Positions 26,511 through 40,500 of a DNA stretch of 64,000 nt are shown in pieces. Source of the stretch: Eledone cirrhosa (lineage: Eukaryota); NCBI GenBank assembly GCA_964016885.1, contig OZ024746.1:58404001-58468000 (forward strand), given 5' to 3'. Position 1 is the first letter of the stretch. The number at the start of each line of letters is the position of its first letter. The notes under the pieces are model-generated. The model worked only from the letters and a program-made list of their open reading frames with translations, did no database searches and was not told where the DNA came from. The translations under genes were made by a program, and so were the position numbers.

Positions 26511-27639
26511 CTAGCAAGTGGCAAATAATTTATATATATATATATAGGGAGGATATGTGTGTAGTATATGTGAGAGTATATATATATATACATATTTCGT
26601 GCGGGAAGATATCGGATGTGTGAAAACCTGGAATGGGTTGCTTGACGTGGAGTCCATAAACTTTTATCGTATTTAAATATAATGTGATGTTGCACCATTA
26701 GAATTGATAGCCATGCTTGATCATTAAACTGAAATGAAAAAACATCTCACATAGAAATAAGTTGCCTTTGGCCAGGAAAATATTTCAAACAAATACCCAG
26801 AATTAATGTCTTTTCTGTGTTTTGTCTTTCTTATATATTTAGTATATATTTCCAGTTTCAGATGAATTACTTTTTTTCCTATGATATTTTCCCAGGATTC
26901 ATCGTGCCTATAGCATCAAATGCTGTCCTAGAGTTCAGATTGTGACTGAAAGAAGTAGACGATTTACTTTACGGTAGTGTTTCTATTTTCATAGTTTACT
27001 CATTAGTAAAGACACAGAGTGGCTCGGCTGCCTACTCATTGGTATATTTTGTCTGTGAGTTTTTTCTTAATTTCTAATAATCATAACTTTTGTCAGATAT
27101 TTCACATACTTCACGTAATATATCTATAGTCAGACTACATCCTAAGATCGTACGATTGCGATACCAGCACCCAATGTTAAAGTATTTCATTCATGGGAAT
27201 AATCTTAGTCGTATACTCTTAAGATATTTCGATAATATATATATATATTTTTTTTTTTTGCTGAATCCTTTCTAGACTTAGATGCATACCAAGATATCAT
27301 TACACATATTCATGCTTAACCATTTCTGAACATATGATATAAAGACCAACTTGGAAAACTTCAAAGAAAAACTGCACAAGTATTTTTTAAAAGAAAATAT
27401 GTATAGATTTGATTAAAAGATGTATCTCTCGAAGAAATCAGAAGAGCTTGAGTACATTGCAATAATCTCAATATTTTTGTTGATATGCTGTGAGACAGGA
27501 AAGCATAAATTATGTGAGTTTGTTTTTCTTTTATTTATTTTTTTTTTTTCAAGAAAAATACATCAGAAATCAGACAAGTTTTCCATTTCACTCCTAATGT
27601 CTAAGTAAGCAAGTTTCTAAAATGTTTGTCCATATTGCT

Positions 27640-27839
<200 letters not shown>

Positions 27840-28432
27840 CTCTTTTTGTCGTTTAATAATTTCTTTCTTATTTCTGAAGAAATGCAACCAACTTATATTT
27901 CGCATTGAAAACGTATTTGCGAATTGTGTATATTTATTTTCCATTCTTCTTATACTAACTGCAATATTTGTGGTTCTTTGTAGATAGATATGATATCAGT
28001 TGTTGACATTCGAGTTTACTCTTCAATCATGTATTATTGCTGTGCTATGTATCAATTTCTTTCCTGAATAAAACAATTGAAAGATATATAAATATATATA
28101 ATTCCATATAAATTTACCTCCACTTATACGAAACTGTATATTGTTTTACATATTTTGACATGATACCATGATATTTTTTCGACTTATTTGTCTTCCCTCT
28201 TTTATAATTGTCTTGAAACCTAAAACAAAAGAAGGGGAATGATGTCAGCTCATATAAATGATTATTACAGCATTCTTTATAAAACGGTATTCACTTCAAA
28301 CATGTATATAAACACACATCATTACATTTACTCACGATTAATTTTATTTCTCTGAGCTCTGTTTTATTTTTGTTTATGAAAATTTCAATTGACAAAAAAA
28401 TATATACTTAACTTACTATATATAATATATAC

Positions 28433-28692
28433 AACACAATAGCAGGAAACATGATAATAGCACCACTGATGGTGTTGCAGATGTGCAATGAAAGAAATTT
28501 GTTAGACTATATATGTATATTTATATCTGTATTTTTAACAGTTGGTCAGTCAATGATAAACATTGATTTCCAAATAAATTAACTATGGAGATATAAAAGA
28601 TGCAGGAGCCAAAACCAACCAAACAGTGAGTGTGTTCTGTTATTTTTTCTGGCAATATTATTACAACAATATGACCCTCTCCAAGTATAACG
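28433..28692 (+). mobile_element. Short 3' end of Nematis-like PLE with decayed HHR
   Basis: Homologous to 32065-32390; ends ATGACCCTCTCCAAGTATAACG before (TA)n. Confidence 0.85.
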
Positions 28693-28702
28693 ATATATAT
28701 AT

Positions 28703-28814
<112 letters not shown>

Positions 28815-29074
28815 AGAGAGAGAGAGAGAGAGAGTGAGAGAGAGAGAGAGAGAGGGGGGGGAGGGAGAGAGAGAAAGAAAGAGATAATAAATAGATAGAT
28901 ATAGGCATATATATAGATATGGATATATATTTGTTTAATTATTTAACTGTGCTGCAGGATTGTTTAATTTATAATGTACCAAGAAAATTATATATACACC
29001 CCACCCGACACACACACACACACAACACACACACACATGTATATATATATATATATATATAAATTTATATATAT

Positions 29075-29170
29075 AACGAAGGAAGTGTGGTAATGAACCA
29101 GATGGACCATAACGTACCAGAGTACTCAATACTTAGGGTGGCAGTGTGGGTAATAGGAAAAAGTTTCCTA
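29075..29170 (-). mobile_element. Family A 3' extension ending in a mini fold-back
   Basis: AACGAAGGAAGTGTGG...; ends ATAGGAAA-AAG-TTTCCTAT; TA on both sides. Confidence 0.8.
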
Positions 29171-29357
29171 TATATATATTGTTATATTTGGGGAGGGTCA
29201 TATTGTTGTAATATTATTCCCAGAAATAATAAGAGAACACACTCACTGTTTGGTTGGTTTTCTCTTCTGCATCTTTTATATCTCCATAGTTAATTCATTT
29301 GGCCATCAAAGTTTATCACTGACTGACAAACGGTCAAAAATACAGATATAAATATAT

Positions 29358-29619
29358 GACTACTAACTTGATTAAATCTTAACCATTTAACTTCTCAGGG
29401 TATGTCAAGTATCATTATATTTTCTCTGATGAGGACGTACTGTTGTACCTCTGAAATATGTATAATAACATTTAATTGATCAAAAGAACATCTATTTTAT
29501 TAATATTTGTATTTTAATATTAATAACTCTAGAAAATTATATCTTGTAGAGTGCTTCCAATCTACTGTAAAACTCATTCTTTAATGTACTCATTGAATCT
29601 TGTTTAACTCTTTAATATA
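29358..29619 (+). mobile_element. Family-B-related HHR element nested in the Nematis-like arm, with 14-bp TSD
   Basis: AGATATAAATATAT at 29344-29357 and 29620-29633; HHR CTGATGA-GGACGTAC-TGTT-GTACCTCT-GAAATATGTATA at 29418-29471. Confidence 0.75.
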
Positions 29620-29641
29620 AGATATAAATATATATATATAT

Positions 29642-29695
29642 ATAGTCTAACAAAGTTCTTTCGTTGCACATCTGCAACATCATCAGTGGTACTAT
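29642..29695 (-). ncRNA. Minimal HHR motif (Nematis-like)
   Basis: ATAGTACCA-CTGATGA-T-GTTGCA-GATG-TGCAAC-GAAAGAACTT^TGTTAGACTAT. Confidence 0.7.
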
Positions 29696-30420
29696 TATCA
29701 TGTTCCCTCCTATTGTGTTGTGTTTACGCCATTTTCATTTTATGTATTTATTTATTTATGTTTGTCTCCGTCTCTGCGCATGCGTTTGCGTATGTGTATA
29801 ATGTTTGGTGTGTGTGTTTGCGTTTGGGTGTATGTGTTTTGGTTTTTGTATTCTATCTTTGTTTACTAGTGTGTGTTTATATGTATTTGTTATTATTCTA
29901 CTTGTGTATATATTTATCTATTTATTTATTTATATTTCACTTAAGTCAGTATTGATTGTTTGGGTATGGTTGTTCTTGTTATTCCATTCATATTTTCTCT
30001 TTAACTTTGGCTTTCTAAGCTCTATTTCGCTCGCTTCGCAGATTTGCCTAACTGTTGCGTCATTTCTATGTTTATATTTTATTTTAATTTCTATGTCGTC
30101 TATGTTACCGTCATGTTTTTGTCTGGCGTGTTCGTCTATTTTTTCTCCTATACTTCGAGCTGTCTCACCTATGTATGTCGTTGTCATGTTTCTGCAGCTA
30201 CCTTCTGTACATATCATGCTATAGACTACATTTCTAGATTTACAGTTTATCTGGGGGTTCACTTTAGATATAACACATTTTTTATTAGTACAGTGGGTTT
30301 TCTTAAAGGGGTGGGCCTCCTATATAGACTTACTTATGACACCGTGTACCTAGATAGCCATGACCGTAGCTGTTTTTGCCCCAGTAGACCCATAAGAGGT
30401 AGACCCCCACAATAACCTCA

Positions 30421-31860
30421 ATGGCAAAAAAGACTCCCATTGGAAGGTGGAATGGGTGGACCAAAGCCATACGGACACCCAAAAACAATGATCAGGTGAG
30501 GAAAATGGTCGCGAATGCAATAGAGGCTAGTATTAATAGTACCCTAAAGGGCCATATATTCAAATTCAATGAAAATATTTACACCCAAAACGAGGGAGGA
30601 GCCATTGGCGTAAGCACAGCTGGTGATGTTGCTAATATATTTATGGTAATGGGGGAAAGGAGACTCAAAGATCTCCTTGAAGAGAGCTCCATAGACCTCA
30701 TCATGTACTCTCGTTACGTAGACGATATTAATATAGTAATAAGGACACTCCCACAATAGACTACTAACGAACATAATTTAGAATATAGCACAATGGAAAG
30801 CATCCAGCAGATAGCTAACTCCATACACCAGAATATAACTGTAACAGTTGACTACCCTTCCAAACACCCTAACAATAGAGACTACCTGTATTAGACACGG
30901 AACTCTGGATTAACACTATAGACGAGAGGGCCCAAATTCTCCACTCACACTATGCTAAACCCATGGCCTCCAAATACCTGATACTCAAAAACTCAGCAAT
31001 GACCAGTAGTGCTAAGTTTAATATTCTGATCGCAGACTTGGTACGAGTGATGAAGAACGTGTCCCGCATATGCGACCCTACAGAAATGGAAAGAAACATC
31101 CAACACTTCATCAACCGCATGCAGTTTTCTGGTTACAACCAAAGAGACAGAATCAGAGTATACAAAGGAGCCACTGTGAAGTATAAGACCCTCATAGAAC
31201 TGGTCACGAAAGGAATCTGCCCATTATACAGGAGCAAATCATGGAATAGCTTAGATAGTACTAAACATAAGATAGGGAAAGCCACCTCATGTTACGACAA
31301 CCAGAGATACCAGAGTGTCATGTTCGTGGATGCTATCCCTGGAGGGAAATTAGCTAACCAATTTAGAAAGGCCCTAAGAAAGACCCACTTAAAGATTAAA
31401 GTGGTAGAAAAGCCAGGAACTACCATAAAATCCCATATCAGCAAAACATACCCCTTTAAAAAAACCCACTGTTCTAATAAGAAATATGTTATATGTAAAG
31501 TAAACTCCCAGATAAACTGTAGAAGTAGAAATGTAGTCTATAGCATAAGATGTACAGAAACATGACAACAACATACATGGGTGAGACAGCTCGAAGCATA
31601 GACCAACACGGGGGGAAGTAAAAGGACAAAAATATGGTTCAGTATTATACGAAGACGCCAGACTAAGACATGACGGTAATATAGACAACATAGAAATTAA
31701 AATAATATATAAACATAGAAATGACCCAACAGGTAGGCAAATCAGAGAAGCGAACGAAATAGAGCTTAGAAAGCCAAAGCAAAACAGAAAAAATGAATGG
31801 AATAACAACAACAATCATACCCAAACAAACAATACTGACTTAAGAGAAATATAAATAAAT
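30421..31860 (+). pseudogene. Disrupted PLE reverse transcriptase + GIY-YIG ORF (Nematis-like)
   Basis: IFKFNENIYTQNEGGAIG, YSRYVDDINI, DYPSKHPNN, HYAKPMASK..SAM, MQFSGY, PLYRSKSW, NCRSRNVVYSIRC; several stops and frameshifts. Confidence 0.9.
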
Positions 31861-32136
31861 AAATGAATAAATAAACATATACACAAGTACAATAACAACA
31901 AACACATGTAACCACACACTAATAAACAAAGATAGAATACAAAAACCAAAACACACACCCAAACGCAAACGCACACACCAAACATTATACACAGACGCAA
32001 ACGCATGCGCAGAGATGGAGACATAAATAAATAAATAAATAAATAAAATAAATATTGCGTAAACACAACACAATAGGAGGGAACATGATAATAGTAACAC
32101 TCATGATGTTGCAAATGTGCAACGAAAGAAGTTTTT

Positions 32137-32215
<79 letters not shown>

Positions 32216-32442
32216 TTATATTTGTATTTTTGACCGTTGGTCAGTGAGTGATAAACATTGATGGCCAAATGAATTAACTATGGAGATATAAAAGATGCAG
32301 AAGCGAAAACCAACCAAACAGTGAGTGTGTTCTGTTATTATTTCTGGCAATAATATTACAACAATATGACCCTCCCCAAATATAACAATATTTGTTTCGA
32401 CACACGATTTCATATCAAAAACTCGCAAAACAAATATATGTA

Positions 32443-32491
<49 letters not shown>

Positions 32492-32496
<5 letters not shown>

Positions 32497-32864
32497 AAAG
32501 AATAGAGGTGTAACACACAAGTTATTATATATTGGTAAACGGAATAGAAAATGCTGACAAATTGTTCACAGTTGAAAAATGGTTTAATTAGGAATAAAAG
32601 AGTATTAGTAATTGTATGGGTTAGTATACAGTTGTGGTTTTAAGTTTTTAAGTGTTTACCGGTTGCGCATTTCAAAATGCTTTTCAAAAATAATTTTGAG
32701 ATAGAGTGTCCGTGTTGTTTGCTCAGATCAGAGCAAAAACTTAAAAACTTAAAAACTTAAAACCACAACTGAATACTAACCCATACAATTACTAATACTC
32801 TTTTATTCCTAATTAAACCATTTTTCAACTGTGAACAATTTGTCAGCATTTTCTATTCCGTTTA

Positions 32865-32870
<6 letters not shown>
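32492..32870. mobile_element. Family H fold-back element in (TA)n
   Basis: Arms ~32528-32653 and ~32746-32870; the minus arm continues into GAAATGCGCA, an HHR stem III-like motif. Confidence 0.85.
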
Positions 32871-32913
<43 letters not shown>

Positions 32914-33410
32914 CACTGCTCAACACTATTTTGTTTGTTTTTTTCTGCTGACCTAAGTTTGAGACGTGCTCTTGAATAATTGCTTACTGAGTTTTAAAAT
33001 GACAATACATTTTCTATCACGTCAAATTTACACAGAATTACCTTCACTGGAATATGAATATATGTGTATATGTGTATCAGATGGAAATCATGAGACTATC
33101 AATGGTACAGACTTTGTAGATAAAGCAACCAAGGAGGTGAAAATTTCAATCAAGCAGAACTAAATGATTTAGTTAGAGACTTAGGCCTGTCAAAAGAGTT
33201 ATTGGAACTGTTAGCCTCCAGACTTAAAAAGAAGTATATACTGCAGAAAGTAAAAAATGTAAATTTTTATCGAAACAGGGAAAAAGATCTCTCGGTATTC
33301 TTTAAAATTGAGAAAGATTCTGTTTACTGTTAGGACGTGGCGGGACTGTTAAACACAATGGGTGCTCTACATTATGATTCTCATTAATGGAGATGTTTTA
33401 TAGATAGCTA
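32914..33410 (+). mobile_element. Chapaev3-like (CMC) DNA transposon 5' fragment
   Basis: TTA|CACTG terminus; transposase relic NDLVRDLGLSKELLELLASRLK..FYRNRE..FF..VYC.DVAGLL..WRCFIDS. Confidence 0.7.
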
Positions 33411-34024
33411 TCTATATATGAAATTACTAGCACAGATGCAATGTATACAGCAGGTTTGAGTTCGAATCACACAGGTGATGTTCTCCCACTTTTCCCTCTC
33501 CAGTGCCTGATAGATTGCAGCGATAATATGCGTTATTATTCCTTCTTTTTCAGAAAGCTCAATGAAGTATAATATTTATATATGCACCATATTTTGGAAT
33601 TCATGAACAGTTCAGTTTCCTTAATAATTGTGTTCCACCGTTTTTAGTCAATATGACGTTATAGATATTTTCGAGGTGAAGCAATTTAAGTTGTCTACAT
33701 CTTGAATTTCCGTCTTACATTATATTATAATCAGTAACAAAATTGCGAGACGAAATAGGCAACGCTGTGTTGGTGATAATGTAGTCAATCTGTCATATCC
33801 AGCTGTGTGTGACAGTGAAATTACTCCTTTAGAATATATTTCAGATATAGTGTTATATGAAATTTATTGCCAAACCAATCTCTTGGCTGCCATAACGAAA
33901 TGTTTAATTCACACATTTGGTTCATAACAGATATATATAGTGTCGTTAATCAGTAAACATATGAAATCCTTCGTATGTCAAAAATAGTATTAGAGCACGA
34001 AATAGGAAGTTTATTCTTTGCTTA

Positions 34025-34330
34025 TTGGCTAGGGTGGTGGGAACACAAGCATAAATTAGTAAGTTCGATTCCAGGACGGATTGGCGCATTATGTCCTTCA
34101 TTCAGGGAATTTATTTCACATGGTCCTTGTCCACCCAGCGGATGAATATTATTTACGGTGACGCGTAATCGAAGCTGTGTTGTCGTTTGCCTTGGTTGTG
34201 TGGCGAGTGGAAATTCGCATGCGTGATCTGCTATTGGGATCCGACAAAAGCATCTTGTCTAGGATTCTGCCTTTGAGAGTAAGTACATCTTCAGATATTA
34301 ATCCATGGTCAAGCATGACCGACGGAGGAT
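34025..34330 (+). mobile_element. Decayed CORE-type SINE
   Basis: Box B GTTCGATTCC, then GTGTCCTT-like and TTTATTTCAC core motifs. Confidence 0.55.
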
Positions 34331-34454
34331 ATTCTGTTGTTAGGCAAGACTTCAGTGCTGAATATTATGTCAAATGGCTAAATTTGTTCTAGTCGGATCC
34401 TTCCCAGCTATTTTGATTGATTCCTTTTAAAGTATACACAACAGACACAAACAT

Positions 34455-34590
34455 TTCTAAGTTCACATCCCGCCGAGGCCAACTTTATATTTCATCGATT
34501 TGGTGTCAATAAACTAAAATACCGGTTACGTACTAGGGGTCGACATAATTGAGTGTCCAGTCCCCACACATACGAAACGATTATTGGAGT
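34455..34590 (+). mobile_element. Decayed 5'-truncated tRNA-derived SINE
   Basis: AGTTCACATCCCGCCGAGGCCAACTTT..TACCGGT..GGGGTCGAC. Confidence 0.6.
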
Positions 34591-35463
34591 ACATTTCCAA
34601 CAAAATGTAGATCCCCCGCCAAGAGAGACCGGTTACAAAGCCGCTGCGCCACTATACCGAATATATATACATGAGCATCTTCACCAATATACCAACTTTA
34701 TTGGATATCTTAAAATGCGGATGAAACCATGGTAGAGGTAATTAAATATGTACACTCTTCTTCTAGTTTATTTTACACCTAATTCTGTTTAGTTGACTGT
34801 ATATCTGTTCGATTCATACATGCTGTCGAAATATTCGATAAATGATCCGTCGTAACCGCCGCGAGAGGGCTGCTTTCGCTTATTTGTCGGAGATTTCTTC
34901 ATAGGAGCCTTTATTCGTAGAGCTTGGTCTAATTGATTTTATATATGGTTAATTATGCTAATTAGGAGAGGAAACGGTATATATTTTATCTGGTGATTCA
35001 ATAGACATGTTTTATGATATATATATATATATATATATATATTGCATGTATAAAGGTTGAATTTCTTAGACCATTTTTTTAATGCTAAATTGATGGGGTT
35101 GATTATTATATGGTTACTAATTTTGATGATTCAATCCAGAATCCAAAGTACCGTATCTTTAGCAGAACGCCCCAATCTCTAAATGAATAGAAATAAAAAC
35201 GCAATGAATCATGCAACAAAACACTTATACATTAATCGTAACAGGATATATGTTTATGAATATCCATTACTCAATATCATAAATATCTACTACTCTTAAT
35301 ATCTTCACACTTATAATTCCTCTAACCCTTATTTTCAGTGCATATAATATATCGTTCCATGAATGCTATTTATTTGGCATGTGTTACATCGGCTAATTTT
35401 AGTCTGCCAATATAGTCACGCTCTACTATCCTAAATATCGAGTACACTACTGAATAATGGTCT

Positions 35464-35543
35464 TACTAGTTTAAGACTGGTAAAATCCTGCTATATACAT
35501 ATTTATATATATATAGCAGGATTGTACCAGTTTTAAACTGGTA
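35464..35543. repeat. 30-bp inverted duplication around a short TA tract
   Basis: TACTAGTTTAAGACTGGTAAAATCCTGCTA / TAGCAGGATTGTACCAGTTTTAAACTGGTA. Confidence 0.8.
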
Positions 35544-35679
35544 TAGTATATTAACACTATAAATGAAACGTGTTAGCAAACAATTTCTGAAACCACCCTA
35601 AGCGGGTTCATTTTAAACTTGGAAAATGACAAACCGTAGAGGCAGAAAGTATTGCAAAAACAATTACGACCAAATAATG

Positions 35680-35810
35680 TATTTCTACAGCTGAGTGAAC
35701 TGGAGCAACGTGAAATAAAGTATCTTGCTCCAGGACCTAGTATATTAGCTGGTCCTGGAAACAAACTCACAAGGTTATGGTTGCGAATGTAAAGCTTATC
35801 CCAAGTGATT
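35680..35810 (-). mobile_element. CORE-type SINE fragment
   Basis: CAGCTGAGTGAACTGGAGCAACGTGAAATAAAGTATCTTGCTC matches 44686-44730. Confidence 0.65.
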
Positions 35811-36041
35811 TTACATATGCATAAATATATTCGTAAATATATCGCATAGTATTCAATATAGAAACTGTATATGCTTATATGTATACATCTATGTTGGGGC
35901 GATTCTCCCTTGCCAGTGTAGGAACTCGGTAGGTGGCACCTGTCAACCATCTTTGAAATATATTGCTGAATTGCTGAAGGTTTTTATTCGATATACAAAT
36001 TTGACATACTAATATGTATACAGTATGTTGGAGCAAACATC

Positions 36042-36087
<46 letters not shown>

Positions 36088-36089
<2 letters not shown>

Positions 36090-36283
36090 CGAAGGAAATG
36101 TGGTAAGGAACCAGGTGGACCATAACGCACCAAAGTACTCAATACTTGAGGTAGTAGAGTGGGTAATATGAACCAGTAAGACCCCGACAGCTGAGCTCAA
36201 GCCGTTTCGACGGCTAATTCTGGACTCCTGTCCAGTCCAGTCCAGAATTAGCCGTCGAAACGGCTTGAGCTCAGCTGTCGGGG

Positions 36284-36285
<2 letters not shown>
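36088..36285. mobile_element. Family A fold-back, centred in HHR loop II
   Basis: Arms 36182-36226 and 36239-36283; extension on the left; TA flanks. Confidence 0.85.
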
Positions 36286-36313
<28 letters not shown>

Positions 36314-36316
<3 letters not shown>

Positions 36317-36672
36317 ATTATTCAACAAGGTCAAACTTACAACAGATTAAAAGCACTCTACAGGATTTATCTGGAGTATCATTAATATTAAATAAGTATT
36401 TAAAATTTATTTATCGTCTAAACATAACGAAGTTTTTTCAGTTTTAACGTTATCCTCATTAGCATATATCCCTTGAGTGTTGAGCCTTTCAATTCAGTAT
36501 CTTCACTGGATTTATACCATTAAGTTCACATGAAGATATGTCACTATCTGAACACCAATTATTATATTTTATCTGACGAAAGCGTACTTAAATATTGGTA
36601 GCCTTGAAATACTTATAATAAAATAAATATGGTTTTATAAACATATTTTCCATTTATTAATATTATTGATAT
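36314..36672. mobile_element. Family-B-related element with HHR at 36565-36625 (+) and a short inverted arm
   Basis: TATTTTAT-CTGACGA-AAGCGTAC..GTAGCCTT-GAAATACTTATA^ATAAAATA. Confidence 0.75.
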
Positions 36673-37440
36673 TATATATATATATATATGAGATAGAAAG
36701 AGAAATATATATATGTGTGTGCACGTATGTGTGTTAGTATATATATATATGTCCATAAAGGAATGGCTTATTGAACCTATTCAAGATGGCTGTCGAGAAA
36801 ATAATTTTTCTACTACTGCGTGCTCTCTCTACTCCAGTCATTAGAAAATGTCAAATAACTTGATACAAACATCATTGCACATTATTGATATTGCCTGAAA
36901 GAGTAATATCTCAGATAACTGTCTGGCTTTGTGATTCCAAAACGATTTCATTGAGATCTAAATTACACACACATATACACATAAACAAACATAACCATAA
37001 GAGCATATATATATATATATATATTTGTGTGTGCGTAAAGAGAAAATATATTACAAGTAATATGAGTGAATTTGTTTATAGCATTCACAGAGTAGTTTAT
37101 GATGAAAAGAAGACGAAGTCAAACAAAAAAAAAAAAAAAAATCAAAATGAAAGGCTCAAAAACCGGATGTGGTATATTGCATTTCAAACAGTTTCTATAA
37201 ACACTTTGAAAACGACGCCATTTTCATCTCTATATAAAGAGGAAGAGCTTGTAGGCATATTACATATATTACAGACATTGACTTGATAGTAAATGCTAAC
37301 TTTTAACACTTAGTATATTGTGGAAGTACATTAACAGATAATTACGCTATGATATTTTCAGTATGATCAACATTTAGATATAATATACTTGAATTTACAC
37401 TCTAACAACCTTTATTTTATATACATATAAATATATATAC

Positions 37441-37576
<136 letters not shown>

Positions 37577-38114
37577 CGATAAATACTCATATTTTTATAC
37601 ATATATATAATTATATGTATTCATATACCCATATATGTATACAAATATATTCTCATTTTTATTTGTTTTTGTGCTTGTATGGCAATGAAAGTATGTGTCA
37701 TGATGAGAAATGGAGGCGACAATTTAATAAGGTACTCAATATATTAGGTAGACGTTTCCACTTTTTAATGTCAAAAATGCATGTTTGGGCCCACCAAATT
37801 TCAATCCAATATGTGTAGGAAATTGGATAATGAAGTACATTTTTATGTGATTGATATTTATCCCGTACAATTTCAAGTCATCGACAAAGAAATATGAGAG
37901 ATAAATCTGGATCTATTTCTATGGCCTGGCCACTATGTATTTTGAGGAGTTATGATAGTAGGTTTAATGAGAAGACGATGAGCAGCACTGACAAGGTTTC
38001 ACCCTGAAAAATAGATTTTTGTAGTGAATTCCATCAAACGCAATTTGAGAAGAAATGTGATGTAGCATGCTTGGTCAGGGGTTTCATAGTAGGTGTTAGT
38101 GGCTGTAGGACTTT

Positions 38115-38520
38115 GGCTAATTATAAAACATTGATAATCGACCCATGTGGTACAATATTAAAAGTATTCTAATAGTCCAGAACCTGGGATTCATTACTGA
38201 TTTTTCCTGAATCATTTTTTTAATTTGAAGCTGCTCTATACAACCCCACATATCCTTCTTTCCCCAGGTTTTCTCAGGTGTTATAAAATTGTTATAGTAT
38301 AATGATCCTGCAAGAACAGATTGAGGCATCCAATGTATAATTTGTACATAATGTATTTGCGCGTTATTGGGCGGTAATTTTTAGCATGGATAGTTTGGCT
38401 ACTTGGGGAATGAGGAGAGCAGTGGTAGTTGATAACTATTGGGGAATTTCTCCTTACAACAATATGAGACCTCGTCGATAAAAATTGAAATTTGTCAGCC
38501 AATAATCAGTTATGAGATCT
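38115..38520 (-). mobile_element. Decayed non-LTR RT fragment (R4/Dong-like)
   Basis: KNYRPIT..MYKLY, GKKDMWGCIEQLQI, VPH motifs across frameshifts. Confidence 0.6.
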
Positions 38521-38787
38521 GGGCTTGGGAATTTCCTATGTAGGTTTCTGTGTATGTGTCTGTGTCTTGCCTCAGAAACGGGAAGATAATCCACACAGAC
38601 ATACCGTCACGACAACTAGCATTGTACACTTTTTTCCTACACTGTTATACTATCATTGTACCACCTCTTTAGATGCAGGACCTCCATTGATTTCTACGAC
38701 ACCATCATTGTTACCAACACCTGATATATGAGTGGAAAGGGCGCATAGTAAAACACAGGAGTTGATCGGGAAGGCGTAATGGTGTTG

Positions 38788-38842
<55 letters not shown>

Positions 38843-38856
38843 CAGCAGCAGCAGCG

Positions 38857-38923
<67 letters not shown>

Positions 38924-39269
38924 CAGCAGCAGTAGCGGCGGTAGTAGGAGTAGCCACAGGAGAAAGCCCAACACCATCAGCGCTATAGCGACATATACAA
39001 TATTAATACAATAATAATCTAAGCACGTAGAGACGAAATGTTAATTACCCATTAACAAATAAACAGCCGAGCAAACAGCAAACATTGACAAACAACTAAC
39101 AATACACCCCGCATATCAACAGGGTAGTGGACGGGCTTAAACAGGGTAGAAATAAAAATTAAAATATGATAGATAGAGCGTGGGAGGGAGAGATATTTAC
39201 ATAGAATTGTATATGAACACTCATACGTGTATATATGTATGTATGTATATATATATTTTTTTTTTTTCT

Positions 39270-39780
39270 TTTCGGAATGTTTTTGACTGTTGTTTCATGT
39301 AAACAAACATTCGTCTCATTCTGACGTCACCAGCCCTGTTTTTCCACATGTGCGTTTTATTTTCATAATCACGCATGATGTTAAACTAGCCTGCTTTAAA
39401 ATTCCCTTTTTGGCATATTAATCAGTGAGAATCTGGCTATCGTGTTGAGCTCTGCTGAGGATCGTATTCCAACCGTGACCATCTCCACTGAAAGTTTACG
39501 TGAAATAGTCTTTTTCAAGGTTATACAGAGCATTTGTAGTTGTCCCAAATTGAAGGATGAGTACTTTAAACTTTATTTTATCATGAGTTAAGTCTCCATT
39601 GATTTTTCCCTGCATTTCACTAAATTCTGTTGGATAAATCTATATCCTGATTCTTTTTGAATTGAGTTTGAATTATTTTTCCCACATCTTACGTTAACAA
39701 TTTTCCCATTTTGACGCTATAGTCACTTATATATTATGGAATACTGTTGGCTTCTTGCTACAATACTTTCTATACCTTTC

Positions 39781-39785
<5 letters not shown>
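39270..39785 (+). mobile_element. Family G non-coding element, 5'-truncated
   Basis: Reverse-complement homologue of 52776-53295; ends in (TA)n. Confidence 0.85.
39449..39531 (+). ncRNA. Type I HHR (family G)
   Basis: GCTCTG-CTGAGGA-..-GAAATAGTC-TTTTTCAA-GGTTATA^CAGAGC. Confidence 0.7.
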
Positions 39786-39840
<55 letters not shown>

Positions 39841-39845
<5 letters not shown>

Positions 39846-40024
39846 AAAAAGTATGACCCCGACGGCAGAGCTCAAGCCGTTTCGACGGCTATTTCTGGAC
39901 GCCGTCGAAACGGCTTGAGCTCTGCCGTCGGGGTCATACTTTTTCCTATTTCCCACTCTATACCCTAAGTATTGAGTACTCTGGTGCGTTATGGTCCATC
40001 TGGTTCCTTACCACAATTCCTTTG

Positions 40025-40027
<3 letters not shown>
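39841..40027. mobile_element. Family A fold-back, centred in HHR stem/loop II
   Basis: Perfect arms 39841-39889 and 39901-39949 containing GAAACGGC-TTGAGCTCT-GCCGTC; extension on the right. Confidence 0.9.
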
Positions 40028-40056
<29 letters not shown>

Positions 40057-40059
<3 letters not shown>

Positions 40060-40500
40060 TAAATTTAGTCCTTCATCAGTGATCTTCCAACCTTCATTGG
40101 TATTTCATCGCTTTAAAGACCATATACCTCTGGTTGGTGCGAGCAACGGATAAAGAAAGTCGTTGGGACACGTAAATGGGGGAACGAGCGAGACAGTAAA
40201 CAATCAAAGATGGTAATGCAACGAAAAGTGAGGAAGGAGTCAAGTCCCTGAAATCGATGAACATAAGTTCTGAGAAATCGTGGACGAGAGAGAATAAAGA
40301 CCATCCGACCTGGTCGAAGTGTGCGTGAGGAAAGAATCTCGCACAGGTCAAACGGGAGGAAGTAGGAGAGGGAGTAGCAGAGAGTGACTGAGTGAAAGTG
40401 TGAGGAAGACGCTAACAGAGAGAGTGACTGGTAGAGGGGGTAAAAGGAAGTGAGAGATACAGAGAAAAGGGGAAGGAGTAAGAAAGAAACAGACGGGTCA
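40057..40500 (-). mobile_element. Family E element with CT-rich body
   Basis: GCACCAAC..GAGGTATATG..TGAAATA..GTTGG..ATCACTGATGA shared with 15447-15520. Confidence 0.65.

Larger units (their letters stand above)
29180..32435. mobile_element. Nematis-like PLE with inverted 5' arm (minus arm 29180-~30315; plus arm ~30316-32435)
   Basis: Both arms carry GIY-YIG remnants and the same 3' end; only the plus arm has the terminal extension; TA flanks. Confidence 0.9.
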
